Source: Octopus vulgaris (taxonomy: Eukaryota). Taken from it: 64,000 nucleotides of DNA. The notes beneath the pieces were generated by a model. It was not told the DNA's origin, did not search any database, and saw only the letters and a program-made list of their open reading frames with translations. The stretch spans positions 15,872,001-15,936,000 of the forward strand of contig OX597836.1 of the NCBI GenBank assembly GCA_951406725.2. Direction: 5' to 3'. Of the stretch, positions 13,011 to 26,660 are shown one piece after another. The translations under genes were made by a program, and so were the position numbers. Each line of letters opens with the position of its first letter. Positions within the stretch are counted from its first letter, which is position 1.

Positions 13011-13375
13011 ATCATCATCATCATCATCATCGTTTAGCGTCCGTTTTCCATGCTGGCATGGGTTGGATGGTTCTACTGGGGTCTGTGAAGCCAGAAGGCT
13101 TCATCAGGCCCAGTCAAATCTGGCAGTGTTTCTACGGCTGGATGCCCTTCCTAACGCTAACCACTCCGTGAGTGTAGTGGGTGCTTTTTACGTGCCACCC
13201 GCACAGGTGCCAGACAGAGCTGGCAAACGGCCAGGAACGGATGGTGCTTTTTATGTGCCACCGGCACGAGGCCAGTCGGGGCGGCGCTGGCAACGGTCGC
13301 GAAACGGAAGGTTCTCTTACATGCCACCGGCACTGGTAACACATCTGCAATTTCCATTGATCGATTTCGATTCTG
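13011..13375 (-). mobile_element. SINE/LINE-tail family C with (GAT)n tail (other copies ~15602-15849, 43338-43680, 45545-46392, 62039-62238)
   Basis: Conserved CTACGGCTGGATGCCCTTCCTAACG and CCATGCTAGCATGGGTTGG blocks, with an internal ~55-bp tandem unit. Confidence 0.8.
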
Positions 13376-13867
13376 ATCCATGTGCCCCAAAACGAGTGAG
13401 ACCGATGCCGTTCTTTGTCCTCCTTCGACAGGGCACCAGCTTCAAGGTGGGACAGAATTGCAAGGGGTTCATGTCACGAGGCAGAAGGACCGTACGCAAT
13501 TGTTTGTGTAGGGGACGCATCAAGGAGAAACAATATGGCGATGAGAGTCAGAGTCACGAGTGACGAGACTAAGAGTCACGTGTGCCTGAGTAGCAAAAGT
13601 CACAAGACCAGCCGCCGATTTTACGCATACGTATGTATCTAACAATATTCTGCAAACATCATTTCGTGTGTGTACGTGTGTCCGCAAGTATATGCGTTAA
13701 TTCAAGTTATACATATTTGTACATACACACACACATGTATAATGGCAAGAATATATATAGACGTTCTCATACATAGGCATACATTATAGGTGTATTCTAA
13801 CACATGCGTACGCATCCAGAGGCTGTCAAATACATTGTATATATTATATACACACACACGCATGCAC

Positions 13868-13928
<61 letters not shown>

Positions 13929-14134
13929 GAGATACATACATACACACACATATCTATATACATATTTTAAAATCTGTCTCATTAGGTGGAGCTTATCTTG
14001 GTTTCTGTGACGTAAGCAACAGAGAGCATATAACCATCCAGAAAGGGTCACCAGTCCATCACAATATATGTGTGTATATATATATATATATACCTATGAT
14101 AGCATGGAAAACGGACTTTAAACAATGATGATGA

Positions 14135-14177
<43 letters not shown>

Positions 14178-14715
14178 TATACATACACATGTATATATAT
14201 ATTCATACTTCTGTATGAATAGAAAAACTTACATGTACACATTTTGTATAGACACACATACATCCAGATAGATAAATAGACAGACAGACAGATAGATAGA
14301 TGTATTCATCAATATGCAAATATATTTACACACATAAAAACATAAGCATCTACGTATTTATATTAAATATAAATGCATATATATATATATATATACGCAC
14401 ATTTAATTACAATATATATTTGTATACGAATATGTATGCACGTATATATGTATTTACACACACACTACATTTAATTACAACATATATTTATGGGTATGTA
14501 TGCATATTTATATATATATATACAGGTGAACACACACACACACACACACATATATACACACACATATACATACATATATATATATATACATACACACCGC
14601 ATTTAATTACAATATATATTTATGCGTATGTGTGTATGCATGTATACATATACATATATATGCAAGTGGATACACACATACATACAAGTGGACACACACA
14701 TACATGCAAGTGGAT

Positions 14716-14746
<31 letters not shown>

Positions 14747-15884
14747 CATACATACACAGATACACATAGCCACGCATGCATGCACGTGCTGATACAGAGG
14801 TAACACATACAGTAGCTGTGATGTTACAAAGAGGTGCACGTGACTTGCAGTGCACTGAAGCATAATCGAATGCACACTCAAAAATTCAACATATATATAT
14901 ACATCCATACATGCATATATATTATATACACACCCTCGCATACATTGTAAGCAGTTGATGTAAGTGCGTGTAGGTGCATGCATGTAGAATGGGTGAAAAA
15001 ATATATTTTCAAAAAGGTGTCGAGATATTGAAATGAAGAAGAATATGGATTGGCAATCGATTTTCAACAATGCACATTTAGTTATTTGATCACCCGGACT
15101 ACCTACTTGTCAAATTGATACACAGGTGGTTGAGTATTCCGTAGTAGTTATGTAGCCTGAACGTAATGTAATTCTTCAGATGAATCAGCCGGTGTTACAA
15201 AGCATGTGATATAATCGAACTTTTGACACTAGTGGGGAGGATGGGGTTACATGTGATCCAAAGGGCTTCCTCTAGTTTCCGCCTACCTGATCATACAGAC
15301 AAAGCTTGGGGGAGATGGGGGAAATAGTGGAGGTGTTGGTAAAAGACTTTGCTCCCTGCTTCCCCTCCCAAGATGCCATACAGTGGAATTGGACCAGGTG
15401 CTTCATGGCTGTGAAGCAAGTCTCTTCATCACCTGCCTACACCTAACAAGCACATTTCAGATTACCTTACATTCAAGCGATTGGGTGCATAAGAGAACAT
15501 TAAAGGCATACATACATATATGTACATGTGTGTGTTATACAAACACACTCATACATATATATACATAAAATGTATGTATATTAAATTTTTATATATATGC
15601 ACGTTAAAAGAACCATCCATCCATGGCCGTCTGCCAGCTCCGTCTGGCACCTGTGCAGGTGGCACGTAAAAAGCACCCACTACACTCACGGAGTGGTTGG
15701 CGTTAGAAAGGGCATCCAGCCGTAGAAACACTGCCAGATCAGACTGGGTCTGATGCAGCCTTCTGGCTTCACAGACCCCAGTACAACCGTCCAACCCATG
15801 CTAGCATGGAAAGCGGATGCTAAATGATGATGATGATGATGATGATGATATAGGATATTAAAAAAACCCTATATTTTTATAATC

Positions 15885-16103
15885 AACCCCTTATGATTCA
15901 GATTACTCTGTCAAATGAAATACTTTTTTTATTCACATTATTTTGAATTAATCTTACATTATCTCATAGCTTTGAGATTTCGATGATGTAATTGTTTACT
16001 TTTAGAATGACATCATAGGGTAGGTGTGAGAGGCTGGATCTGGCCAGTTTGAACATAAAACATATTTGGGTCGGATCTGACAGGTTTATATACAACAGGG
16101 TTA
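15885..16103. mobile_element. Second piggyBac-like MITE family (CATTCAGATTACTC...; copies also ~835-1050, 1876-2250, 2310-2950, 12400-12600, 42460-42650)
   Basis: Multiple homologous copies with CCCTT/AGGGTTAA-type ends. Confidence 0.6.
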
Positions 16104-16627
16104 ATAATACTCAGGCTGTTCCTTTCTGTAAGTCATATAAAGGTACAAAGGTAAAGTTCCCTTTTTGAGTCATACCGACTCATAAGGGCCAGATTCCTGG
16201 TTTCCATGGCGTATGTGTTACTCACCTGAACAGGACACCGGTCCATAGCAGGATTACTCACTTTTGCCAGCTGAGAGGGCTGGAGCAACGTGAAGTGAAG
16301 TGTCTTGCTCAAGAACACAATGCGTTGCCCAATCCAGGAATCGAGACCACAATCTTACGATTATGAGTCCAACGCCCTAACCACTAAGACACGTACCTCC
16401 ACATAAGCAATATGTCTAAAACTACAAGATTAGATCTACACCATTTTGCTGATGCTACAAAGAACTTGTTCCCATTTAGCCCTTAAGCATTCAGATTACT
16501 CTATTAAAATGTAATGCTTAATTCATTCACATTGTTTTAAATTAATCATTGCATTATCTTGTAGCTACAAGATTTCAATGATGTGGTTGTTTATTTTTGA
16601 AATGACATTCTAGATAGGTAGGTAGAT

Positions 16628-17180
16628 AAGTTTCTTTATTGGCCACACAGGGCTGCACACAGATGGGACAAGTTACAAGGTAGAGCTTTTCTTTTGGGGG
16701 ATGAAGAGAACAAAAAAAAAAAAAAAAGAGAAAAAAAGGGGGTGGCGTAGGTTTTCGATCAAGAGGGATCGTAAAAGGGAAGAAAAGAACAAAAACAAAA
16801 AAAGAAAAAATTGAATAAAATAAAAAGAATAAAAAGAAAAAAAAGGAAAGGAAAAGGAACAAAAGGAAAGAGAAATGAAAAAAGAAAGAAAAACGGGAAA
16901 AAAAGGGGAAGAGGAAAAAAAAAAAAGAACGATCAATAGGGATCGTGTATCACAGTGTTATGATATATGGTGTAAAGGGGAAAGCAAGTAAGGTTTATCC
17001 GTGGGAAGAAAAGCCTACGAAAAAGACCACGGTAACCTTGGTCAATATTGTTATATGTTACCACATTTGTTTGCAAGTGGGTAACCCTCTGTTTTCAATT
17101 TCTGGGTTCATAGGATTATGCTCAAGGTGGCTTCGTCATTCATACGTGCCATCCTTGCTACATTCACCCATCTTTTTTTG
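16628..17180 (-). mobile_element. L1/Tx1-like LINE 3' end inserted in (TAGA/TAGG)n
   Basis: ORF end [22 protein letters not shown], pyrimidine-rich UTR and AATAAA signal. Microsatellite flanks both sides. Confidence 0.55.
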
Positions 17181-17374
17181 TAGGTAGATAGATAGGTAGG
17201 TAGATAGATAGGTAGGTAGATAGATAGGTAGGTGTAGGTAGATTGATAGGTAGGTAGATAGATAGGTAGGTAGATTGATAGGTAGGTAGATAGATAGGTA
17301 GGTAGATTGATAGGTAGGTAGATAGATAGGTAAGTAGATTGATAGGTAGGTAGATAGATAGATAGATAGATATG

Positions 17375-17425
<51 letters not shown>

Positions 17426-18074
17426 GTAGAGAGATAGGTAGGTAGGTAGATATGTAGGTAGATTGTTTAATGTCCTCCTTCCATGGGTTGGACAGTTTGA
17501 CAGGAGTTGGCTAGGCAGAAGCCTGCATCCTACTTCTGTATCTGTTTTGGCACAGTTTTTTATGGCTGGATGCCCTTCTTAACACCCCCCCCCTCCGCAG
17601 AATAGGCAGAGTGTTTTTTACGTGGCACAGAACATGTGGCATTGTTTTTACAGCTGGATGCCCTTCCAAATGCCAACCACTTTACAGTATGGACTGTATG
17701 CTTTTTAAGTGACACCAGCACTGGCAGGGTCACCGAGTAACTTTGGAAGACAGGGAATCTGAGAGAAATGGGAGCATTGGAGGAGGGGATCTTGTGTCAG
17801 ATGAAAAATGGTTAGAGTGTGAGAGAGACAGAGAGACAGAAACAGGTACCTTACTGTACAGGAGGTACATAATTACCTAGCCAGAAATATATGTGCATAT
17901 ATGTGTGTGTCATCATCATCGTTTAGCTTCCGCTTTCCATGCTAGCATGGGTTGGACAGTTCAACTGGGGTCTGGGAAGCCAGAAGGCTGCAACAGGCCC
18001 ACTCTGATCTAGCAGTGTTTCTACGGCTGGATGCCCTTCCTAACACCAACCACTCCGTGGTGTGTGTGTGGGGA

Positions 18075-18298
18075 TAGAAAGGGCTTCTTAGCCGTAGTGA
18101 AGGCAATCTATCTAGGGAGATAACCTTACAATAAATCACTCGGTCTGTAGCTTAGAAATACTGGGTTGACGTCCAGCGGGAACAGCTTTGTTTCATGGAG
18201 GAGGAAATTATCTTCTTTAGTACTGGTTGTACAATGCTTTCTCAATGACCGTGGTGTGGCGCGCGCACACATTTTTGCTAGCCATTTGAAAAGACTAT
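18075..18298 (+). mobile_element. Probable RTE LINE 5' UTR fragment
   Basis: The 3' part (GCGCGCACACATT..TAGCCATTTGAAAAGACTATG) matches the leader of the 2420..2773 ORF. Confidence 0.55.
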
Positions 18299-21047
18299 GA
18301 AATATATATCGATACATATGATATGATGCGTATATATATATATATACGTTTATGAATTTGTTTTGCAAGAATTCTGATGTGAAATCGTGTTGAAACAGAC
18401 ATTGTTATATTTGGGGATGGTTATTTTTTTTTTTTGTTATAGTGCATGTGGTTAATTAGCAAAAAATAAATAAAAATGACCATCCCCCAAAATTACAAGA
18501 TCTATATAGGGTCATCCCATAAATAATGTAGTTTTTTTTAATACATCTTTTATTTTTCAAAATTAAGATAAAGAAAGTTCTTTTTTAATCTAGAATATAT
18601 GCTCCTTCATTTTCTACAATGCTTACAAACAATAAGTCCTGGGGTCAATTTCTTCAACTAATAACCTTTAAGGCAGTGCTCCAGCATGGCCACAGTCATA
18701 CGACTGAAACAAGTAAAAGAGATGTGATGAGGCAGGGGATGGTCACTGTTGGAATGCCTTTGATCATGTAAATTTGCTTAATCCCCTCTGACCTGGGGCT
18801 AAATAACAACTATAACAGCAACACTGCCTACAACCCCACCACCACTGTCTATTTACACCATCAGTAGGGGCTTCTTAGTGGTTGCTCAGCCTGGCAGAAA
18901 TAGCAGCCAAAACACCCTCTTACAAAAGAACATTCTTGGATAATCTTGTTCTGGAGTCCTAAATACAGGGAAAAGTTGAGGGGGTCATGATTGGAACATA
19001 GGGCTTGAGCATAGGACTGTCCTATTGTCAAACAACATCAAACCTTTATACTGTCACTCAACCTGCTAGAAATAGCAGCTAAATCAACCTCAAATTTGCC
19101 CTCTCCTAACCCCTTTACAGTGCTTTGGGGGGTATGACCTGGTAGAAATAGCAGCTAAATCTACCTCCAATCACACCACCACAACCAGCTTAGTGCTCCT
19201 GGGGTTGACCTGGTAGAAATAGCCAATTCCCCTTTAAATTATACCCTGCAGTCTGAACAGGACACACTGGATAGTGAGGTCCCAAGATCCTTGTACAGAG
19301 GAAAAACACAGGATGGTCATGGTTATAACTGTGGTGCCTTCTTTGATCTCAGGGTTGCTAGTCAAGTCTGACCTAGGGTTAAACAAGATCATCTACACTA
19401 ATATTACTATAACCACTACAACAGCCATCAAATTGCTATTAGCCTCTTCATGGTCACTCGACCTGCTAGAAATAGCAGCTAAACATCTGAATTACACTTT
19501 GCCTTTTTCAAACAGGACACATAAGATAATGTGGTCCCAAGGTCCTTGTACACAGGAAAAAGACAGGATAGTCATGGTTGGAATGCTTTACTTTTTACTT
19601 TGTTTCAGTCATTAGACTACAGCCATACTGGAGCACTGCCCTAAAGAATTATTAGTTGGATGAACTGACCCCAGTATTTATTTTTTTTTAAAGCCTGCTA
19701 CTTATTCCATTGTGCCCTTTTGCCAAACTGCTAAGTTATAGGGACATAAACCTACCGACACCACGCACATACACACAACAGGCTTCTCACAGTTTCCATC
19801 CACTAAATGTACTCAAAAGGCTTTAGTCAGCCTGAGACTTGCCCGAGGTACCATGCAGTGGGACTGAACCTGGAACCATGTGGTTGGGAAGCAAGCTTCT
19901 TACCATACAGCCATGCCTGCACCTTATATGTACTTAAGCTAGAAATAGCAACCAAATTTAACTCAAATCACACCCTCAACTCCCTTAAATAAAGACATCA
20001 GAGATTACATGGTCGTGTGTCCTGTGTACATAATAAAAAGAAAAAAAAAAACAGGGTGGTCACAGCTGGAAAGCCTTTGATCTTAGGTTTGCTTGAAAAT
20101 GGTTGAGCTCGGTGGGGGAGAAGGGGGCCCAAACAACAACATCAGCATCATCAATATTAATACTAGTATAACCTACACAACAGCTTCACCACCACCACCA
20201 CCCCATGGAGACATCTCCCCCTCTCTCTCTTACTCACTCGCTCACTCTCTCTCTTTCACATACAACCAGCAAGTCAGCCAGTTCCCTGTGAAAGAATCCC
20301 AACACAAACAAGCCGGCCCCTTCTCCACAAACAGATCCCTATACTGTTGTTTGGAAGAAAGGATGACTAAGCTGGTCAGGTCAGTGTTTAAAGTATGACT
20401 CACCACTCACCGCTGCCACCACCACCACCACCACCACAACCACCACCATTCACTGCCACCAGACAAGGAGGGTGCACCTATGCAGAGAGGCTCACATGCT
20501 AGAAATAGCAATGAAATCTTTCTCAAGATATCAAATTAAAACAACAACATAAAAGTAGAGTATAATGCATAGGTGCATCTATGCAGAGGTTTGACATGCT
20601 AGAAATAGCAATGAAATCTCTCTCAGGAATTTTTAAATTGAAAAAATAAAAAAAAATAAAAATAGTCCCAGATATATGGGCCATATCTTAGCTGAAATGT
20701 CTTTGATCATTAGGCCAGCTTTGATAGTGGGGGCTAGCGATGACCACCGCCACAACGATGTTACATCAACGATTTAATTCAATTCCAGTCAGTCATGTTG
20801 ACAATACACCCCTGGGGTGAGTATATGTGTGTGTGTGTGTGTAGTGTGTGTGTGTGTGTGCAGGTGTGGCCGTGTTGTAAGAAACTTGCTTCCCAACAAC
20901 ATTGTTCTGGGTTCAGTCCCACTGCATGGTACGTTGGGCAAGTGTCTTCTACTATAACTATATATATATATATATTTGTATGTGTGAGTGTGTGTGTGTG
21001 CCTCTGGCTTTCTGTTTTGTCTCCCATCACAAAAGAAAACAGAATAA

Positions 21048-21440
21048 GGCATAGGAGTGGCTGTGTGGTAAGTAGCCTGCTACCAAACCTCATGGTTCCG
21101 GGTTCAGTCCCACTGTGTAGCACCTTGGACAAGTGTCTTCTACTATAGCCTCAGGCCAACCAAAGCCTTGAGTGGATTTGGTAGACGGAAACTGAAAAAA
21201 GCCTGTCATATATATGTATATATATATACATATGTGTGTGTGTGTGTGTGTGTATTTGTGTGTCTGTTTTTGTCCCCCCAACATCGCTTGACAACCGATG
21301 TTGGTGTGTTTACATCTCCATAACTTAGTGGTTCGGCAAAAGAGAGCGATAGAATAAGTACTAGGCTTACAAAGAATAAGTCCTAGGGTCGATTTGCTCC
21401 GGCATGGCCACAGTCAAATAACTGAAAGAAGTAAAGAGTA
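21048..21440 (+). mobile_element. tRNA-derived SINE family B, CORE-like (other copies ~170-330, 22691-22855, 38325-38617, 38660-39052, 46520-46940, 58140-58465)
   Basis: Head GGAGTGGCTGTGTGGTAAG...GGTTCAGTCCC, ACCTTGG(G/A)CAAGT core, internal (TA)n/(TG)n and (AAAAGAGT)n tail. Dozens of partial copies. Confidence 0.85.
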
Positions 21441-23094
21441 AGCAATCAGACTTCAAAAAGGATAAGAATTTGGGTCAATTCATTTGGCTAAAACCCTTCA
21501 TCTTAGTGCCCCAGCATGGCCATAGTTTAATGACCGAAACCAGTAAAAGACAAGATGCAAGCATGAGAGAGAGAGACAGAGACAGACAGAGACAGAGAGA
21601 GAGAGAGATAAGTGAGACTGAAGTAGAGAGAGAAAGAGAGAGAGAAATCGAGGGGCAGAGAAAATGACCAAGGAGGGATGTCTGTGTATTTGGGTAATAG
21701 GGTAGAATCAGGGTGTCCTGAGAGATGGGTAGACAGGGGTAGTCACCACCAACACCACCACCACTTGCAGGATGAGGATGAGAGTGAGTGGATGGCATTG
21801 AATGGTGGTGCGGTGTGCATATACATGCGGATATCAGTGCACGCGCACACACACGCATATGTGTGTGTGTGTGTGTCAGACACTGACTGAGCTGGAATGA
21901 GAAAGAGATCTTGCTAACAGTGACCCCACACACATTATAACGAGGTCAAAGTGTCACAGTGTGACAGAAACTGAAAGAAAGGGGCAATGAGAGAGAGGGA
22001 GGGAGAGAGAGAGAGAAAGAGAGTAATGTGAAAGAGAAATGAGAGAGAGTAATAAGAGAGAGAGTAATGAGATGGAGAGTAATGAGAGAAAGAGAGCAAT
22101 GAGAGAGAGATAGTAATGAGAGGGAGAGTAATGAGAGAAAGAGAGCAATGAGAGTGATGGATGTGATGGGAGAGTGAAAGGGTGTGAAGAGAGGGGGAGC
22201 AAAGAGAGAGAGAGAGAGAGAGAGAGTGGAAGTTTTTCTATGCGTGTGTATGTATGTATATATATATATATATATATATACACATGCATTCACAGTAAAG
22301 AAATGAAGGAGGGGGAAACCAAAGGATGATGAACAATGTATAGACAGAGAGGGAGAGAGAAAGCGAGTGCTGACTTGAGACATGCATCAAAGGGAGGGAG
22401 ACAGAGAGTGATAACATAGAGGGAGAGTAAGAGGCGATGAAGCATCCATAATGGGAGAGAGAAAGAGAGAGAGAAGCAAAGAGGAGTAGAGAGCAAGAGA
22501 GAAGAGAATGAGAAGATTGGAATAGAGAGATATGGTGATGTAAAAAGACTGCATCCTTATTAGAAGTTAAACAGGTAGTAGTGTATATATATATATATAT
22601 GCATACATAGACATCTTGTGTCTTTAATTTGTTTCAGTCGTTAGGCTACGGCCATGCTGGGGCACCATCTTGAAGAATTTTTAGTCAAATAGGCGCAGGA
22701 GTGGCTGTGTGGTAAGTAGCTTGCTTACCAACCACATGGTTCCGGGTTCAGTCCCACTGCGTGGCCCCTTGGGCAAGTGTCTTCTGCTATAGCCTCAGGC
22801 CGACCAAAGCCTTGTGAGTGGATTTGGTAGACGGAAACTGAAGGAAGCCTGTCGTACATATAGCAGTGGTGCAAGGAAAAACACAGATAGAAAGACACAC
22901 ACATAAATACATACACAAACACACACACACAACAGGCTTCTTTCAGTTTCTGTCAACCAAATCCACTCCCAAGGCTTTGGTTGGTCCAAGGTGGTAGTAG
23001 AAGACACTTGCGCAAGGTGCCACGCAGTGGGACTGAAGATGGTACCATGTGGTTGGGAAGCAAGCTTCTTACAACACAGCCATGCCTGTGCCTA

Positions 23095-23440
23095 TTCTGG
23101 CAACTAAACTTTCAGAACATCCTCCTCCTCTGCTAATTAGGTCACCTAGGTTAAGAGAAAGTGTCTACTCCCTTCAGAGTATTTGAGAAAATCTATTTCC
23201 CATGCATCCTTTGTGTTCATTAGCTTTCTCCAGACCCCATTGCACCTATTGCCTGTCCACAGACTGCACCAGGAACACCACAAGCAACTTCTGTCTATAC
23301 TCTTCCTATAAATTGAGGAGGGCCATTTACCTCAAGTGGATAGAGTCCTGTCAGTTCTTCTGCTTCCTGAAAGCATGGGCTTTGCTTACTTTAAAGCCCT
23401 TTGATTCTAGATTTTGCTGCCAAGCCTGGAATTTCTTTTA
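23095..23440 (-). mobile_element. Degenerate LINE ORF2 fragment
   Basis: WQQNLESKGFKV... and LGDLISRGGGCSESLVARI, with many stops. Confidence 0.6.
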
Positions 23441-23711
23441 ATTATCTCATACATTCCACAATGAAAATGAAAACATACACATGCACATACACTTCTATCT
23501 TGTTTCACCTTTTGTTTCACTCATTAGACTGTGGCCATGCTGGGGCACTACCATGAAGAATTTTTAGTCAAAGGAATCAATCCCAGTACTTATTTTTTGT
23601 TAAGCCTGGCACTTACTCTAATAGTCTTTTTTGTTGAACCACTAAGTTACAGGGATGTAAACACACCAGCACCAGTTATCAAATAGTGGTGGTGGGTACA
23701 AAAACAAAAAT

Positions 23712-23742
<31 letters not shown>

Positions 23743-23744
23743 CA

Positions 23745-23974
23745 CAGGGTTGGCCAGAAGCCACCCAACAGTAAATCAAAATTCCATAAATACAATCTGT
23801 AATTCTGTATCGACTGCAATGGGAAAATGTGTCACTCAAGAAAGACTTCAGTTTGAACGATTTTAATGATGTTTCATATTTAGATGCTTTTATTAAATTC
23901 ATTCAGTTGTTGAACATAAATAAATCTTGGAATTAAATGGTTTTGATTTACTGTCAAGTAAGTTTTGGTCAACC

Positions 23975-23978
<4 letters not shown>
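23745..23978. mobile_element. Tc1/mariner-like MITE
   Basis: TIRs CAGGGTTGGCCA / TGGTCAACCCTG, embedded in TA repeats. Confidence 0.65.
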
Positions 23979-24032
<54 letters not shown>

Positions 24033-24954
24033 GGAAAGTTCATGAAGAAAACAAAAGACGAAGACAGATGGTGTACAAAACAAACAGATGTATTAGTATA
24101 ACGCTTAGGAAATTGAAAAAGTCTTTTACATTTCGAGCCTACGCTCTTCTACCAGAAAGGGGCACAGAAAAAAAACAAGGAGAGAAAAAAAATGTATGTG
24201 GTGGCTACCGATCTATCATGGCTTCTGCCGGACAGGTTTCTTTCAGTTTCCGTCTATGAAATCCACTCACAAGGTTTTGGTCAGCCTGAAGCTATAGTAG
24301 AAGACATTTGCCCATGCAGTGGGACTGAACCCGAAAGCATGTGGTTGGGAAGCAAGCTTCTTACCACGCAGCCACTCCTGCACGTATACATTATATATAT
24401 ATATATATATCAAGTATGTATATGCTACACACAGGAAAACATTACATTGTATTCAATCAAACGATAAATAATCCCTCAACCACTACCACCACCACCACCA
24501 CCACCACTGTTACCTGTTCCCTCCCACAATGCACACCTACATGTTGAAACACTTCCTGCATCACCTGGTACCACAACTCCCCCACATGCAGAGAACAACA
24601 GCGAAAACACAACACTACTGCAACAATAGGCGGCCTGATGCATTTGAGTGCACACATGAAATTGCAAGCATGAATTGATGCAAAACAATTGCAACACTAA
24701 TCACAGATGTTAGTTTGATGTTGCCGTGCAACACATGCACAATGCTAATTGCACATCCTGTTAAGGAGATGCACGTTATGAGTGCATACAACATGCAACC
24801 GATGCAGGAGAGAAGAATGTGCGCAGTATCTACTCTAATGAATCGCTGAAGACAATGGCCCACACATACACAAACGTGCCTCAACATACACAAATACACA
24901 GACGTGTATATACACAAATGTATATATACACACACACTAATACATGCTCCCATG

Positions 24955-24997
<43 letters not shown>

Positions 24998-25058
24998 CGA
25001 CACACATTGAAATATGCAATTGAAAGGCATTGAATGATTTTTCAGTTTAATATATATA

Positions 25059-25452
25059 CTAGCGGTATAGCCCAGCGTTGCTCGGGTTTGTTTTCTTTTC
25101 GACCCTTTAGAATTGGAATTTTTGAAAAGTAAAAATTTGGCATTATGTAACTTGTTATTCTCTTTAAGCGAACATTTTTCTGGTTGAAATACACCGAAAA
25201 ATGACAACACAGCAGTCAAAAAATCGTAAAAAAATAGGGATTTTCATAGAAAAAAAGCACCATTTTGATGTCAATTTTTGGTGTTAACATGGTCCAATTT
25301 GAATTTTTTCTTCTACGGAAGGAAGAGCAAGCCTTCTTCTATCATATTCTCAATTTTGGTCAACTTGCGACACAGGGTCTCGGAGGAGATAAGTGTTAGT
25401 TGAAGGCTACCAAACCTGCTACACACAGACAACTTCAGCTTTATATATAGAG
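25059..25452 (-). mobile_element. Non-autonomous Helitron (same family)
   Basis: A-CTAG end with hairpin; homologous body. Confidence 0.78.
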
Positions 25453-25911
25453 ATTATACATGAAAAACAAACTATATGTACACAATAAAATATATAAACA
25501 CATGCAGACACATACAAAAACACACACACACACAATTTCAAAGATTATGATTAAAATATAATGAAATACGGCAGAATCCAATAAAACATGTCTGCCCTGA
25601 GTTTCATGTACAACAATACATGCAAGTTATACATAGACCATGTATGTATGTGTGTGTGTATAATTAGGTATGCATATATATTTCTTTATTACCCACAAGG
25701 GGCTAAACATAGAGGGAACAAGCAAGGACAGACAAGGGGATTAAGTCGATTACATCGACCCCAGTGATTAACTGGTACTTATTTAATCAACCCCGAAAGG
25801 ATGAAAGGCAAAGTTGACCTTGGCGGAATTTGAACTCACTGATGTCGAAAAACGAACAGTAAGCATAATTAAATTTCAGAATTAGATTAAAACAGTAATC
25901 GCTCGATAATG

Positions 25912-26136
25912 TAAAGTATAGAAGCCATCTTACCGCCCGTTGACGAGGGACAACAATCCCGAAACTAGTACGAGCGTATCACTCAGGCTTGCGAGGAAGG
26001 GATGGCCTCCCTTTGCAAATATTCCAAGGACACTGATATTGTGTCTAGAGCCAGCTAGAGACGAAGATCTCTTGGGGCTATAAAGCTACAGTAACCCCCC
26101 CCCCAATGTGGTTAGCCATAATAAGATGGCTTCTAT

Positions 26137-26142
<6 letters not shown>
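25912..26142. mobile_element. Short element with 21-bp perfect terminal inverted repeats carrying a hammerhead (Penelope-like-derived?)
   Basis: TAAAGTATAGAAGCCATCTTA (25912-25932) pairs with TAAGATGGCTTCTATACTTTA (26122-26142). The element has internal hairpins and abuts (TA)n. Confidence 0.6.
25934..25976 (+). ncRNA. Minimal type I hammerhead ribozyme motif
   Basis: Reads CGCCCG-UUGACGA-GGGA caacaa UCCC-GAAA-CUAG-UA-CGAGCG. Stem I has 5/6 pairs, stem II is 4 bp, stem III is palindromic and the triplet is GUA. The core has C3U. Confidence 0.65.
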
Positions 26143-26199
<57 letters not shown>

Positions 26200-26361
26200 G
26201 TGTGAGTGATTGTGTATAGAAGAATATATTAATAAAAAGAATTCCAACCTTGTCTGATTTTCACGTTTTATTTACAATCTTATAATGATATATTATAAGA
26301 TAATATATTATAATAGAATAAAATAAAATGAAATAGTAGAATGTTAAATGTTCATTCTGAT

Positions 26362-26405
26362 TGAACTAGTACTTTCATGCATTGAATCTGCAATCTTCGG
26401 GTTCA
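26362..26405 (-). ncRNA. Hammerhead-like motif in left arm of long palindrome (inverted copy, sense to RTEL1)
   Basis: Reverse complement of the 26484-26528 motif, with loop II one nucleotide shorter. Confidence 0.55.
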
Positions 26406-26483
26406 TGTAGTAGTGTTGACAGTCATGCTTCACAATTTTTGACAGTCAAAAATTGTGAAGCATGACTGTCAACCACTACTACA

Positions 26484-26528
26484 TGAACCCGAAGATTGCA
26501 GAATTCAATGCATGAAAGTACTAGTTCA
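26484..26528 (+). ncRNA. Hammerhead-like motif in right arm of long palindrome
   Basis: Reads UGAAC-CCGAAGA-uUGCA gaauucaa UGCAu-GAAA-GUAC-UA-GUUCA. It has a perfect 5-bp stem I and palindromic stem III (AGUACU). The core has U4C and there is a U.U pair at the base of stem II. Confidence 0.55.
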
Positions 26529-26660
26529 ATCAGAATGAACATTTAACATTCTACTATTTCATTTTATTTTATTCAATTATAATATATTATCTTATAATAT
26601 ATCATTATAAGATTGTAAATAAAACGTGAAAATCAGACAAGGTTGGAATTCCTTTTATTA

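Noticed and set aside
12874-13563. 229-aa ORF
   Set aside because: It runs through a family C SINE and flanking fragments; similar peptides recur at 43388 and 29231.
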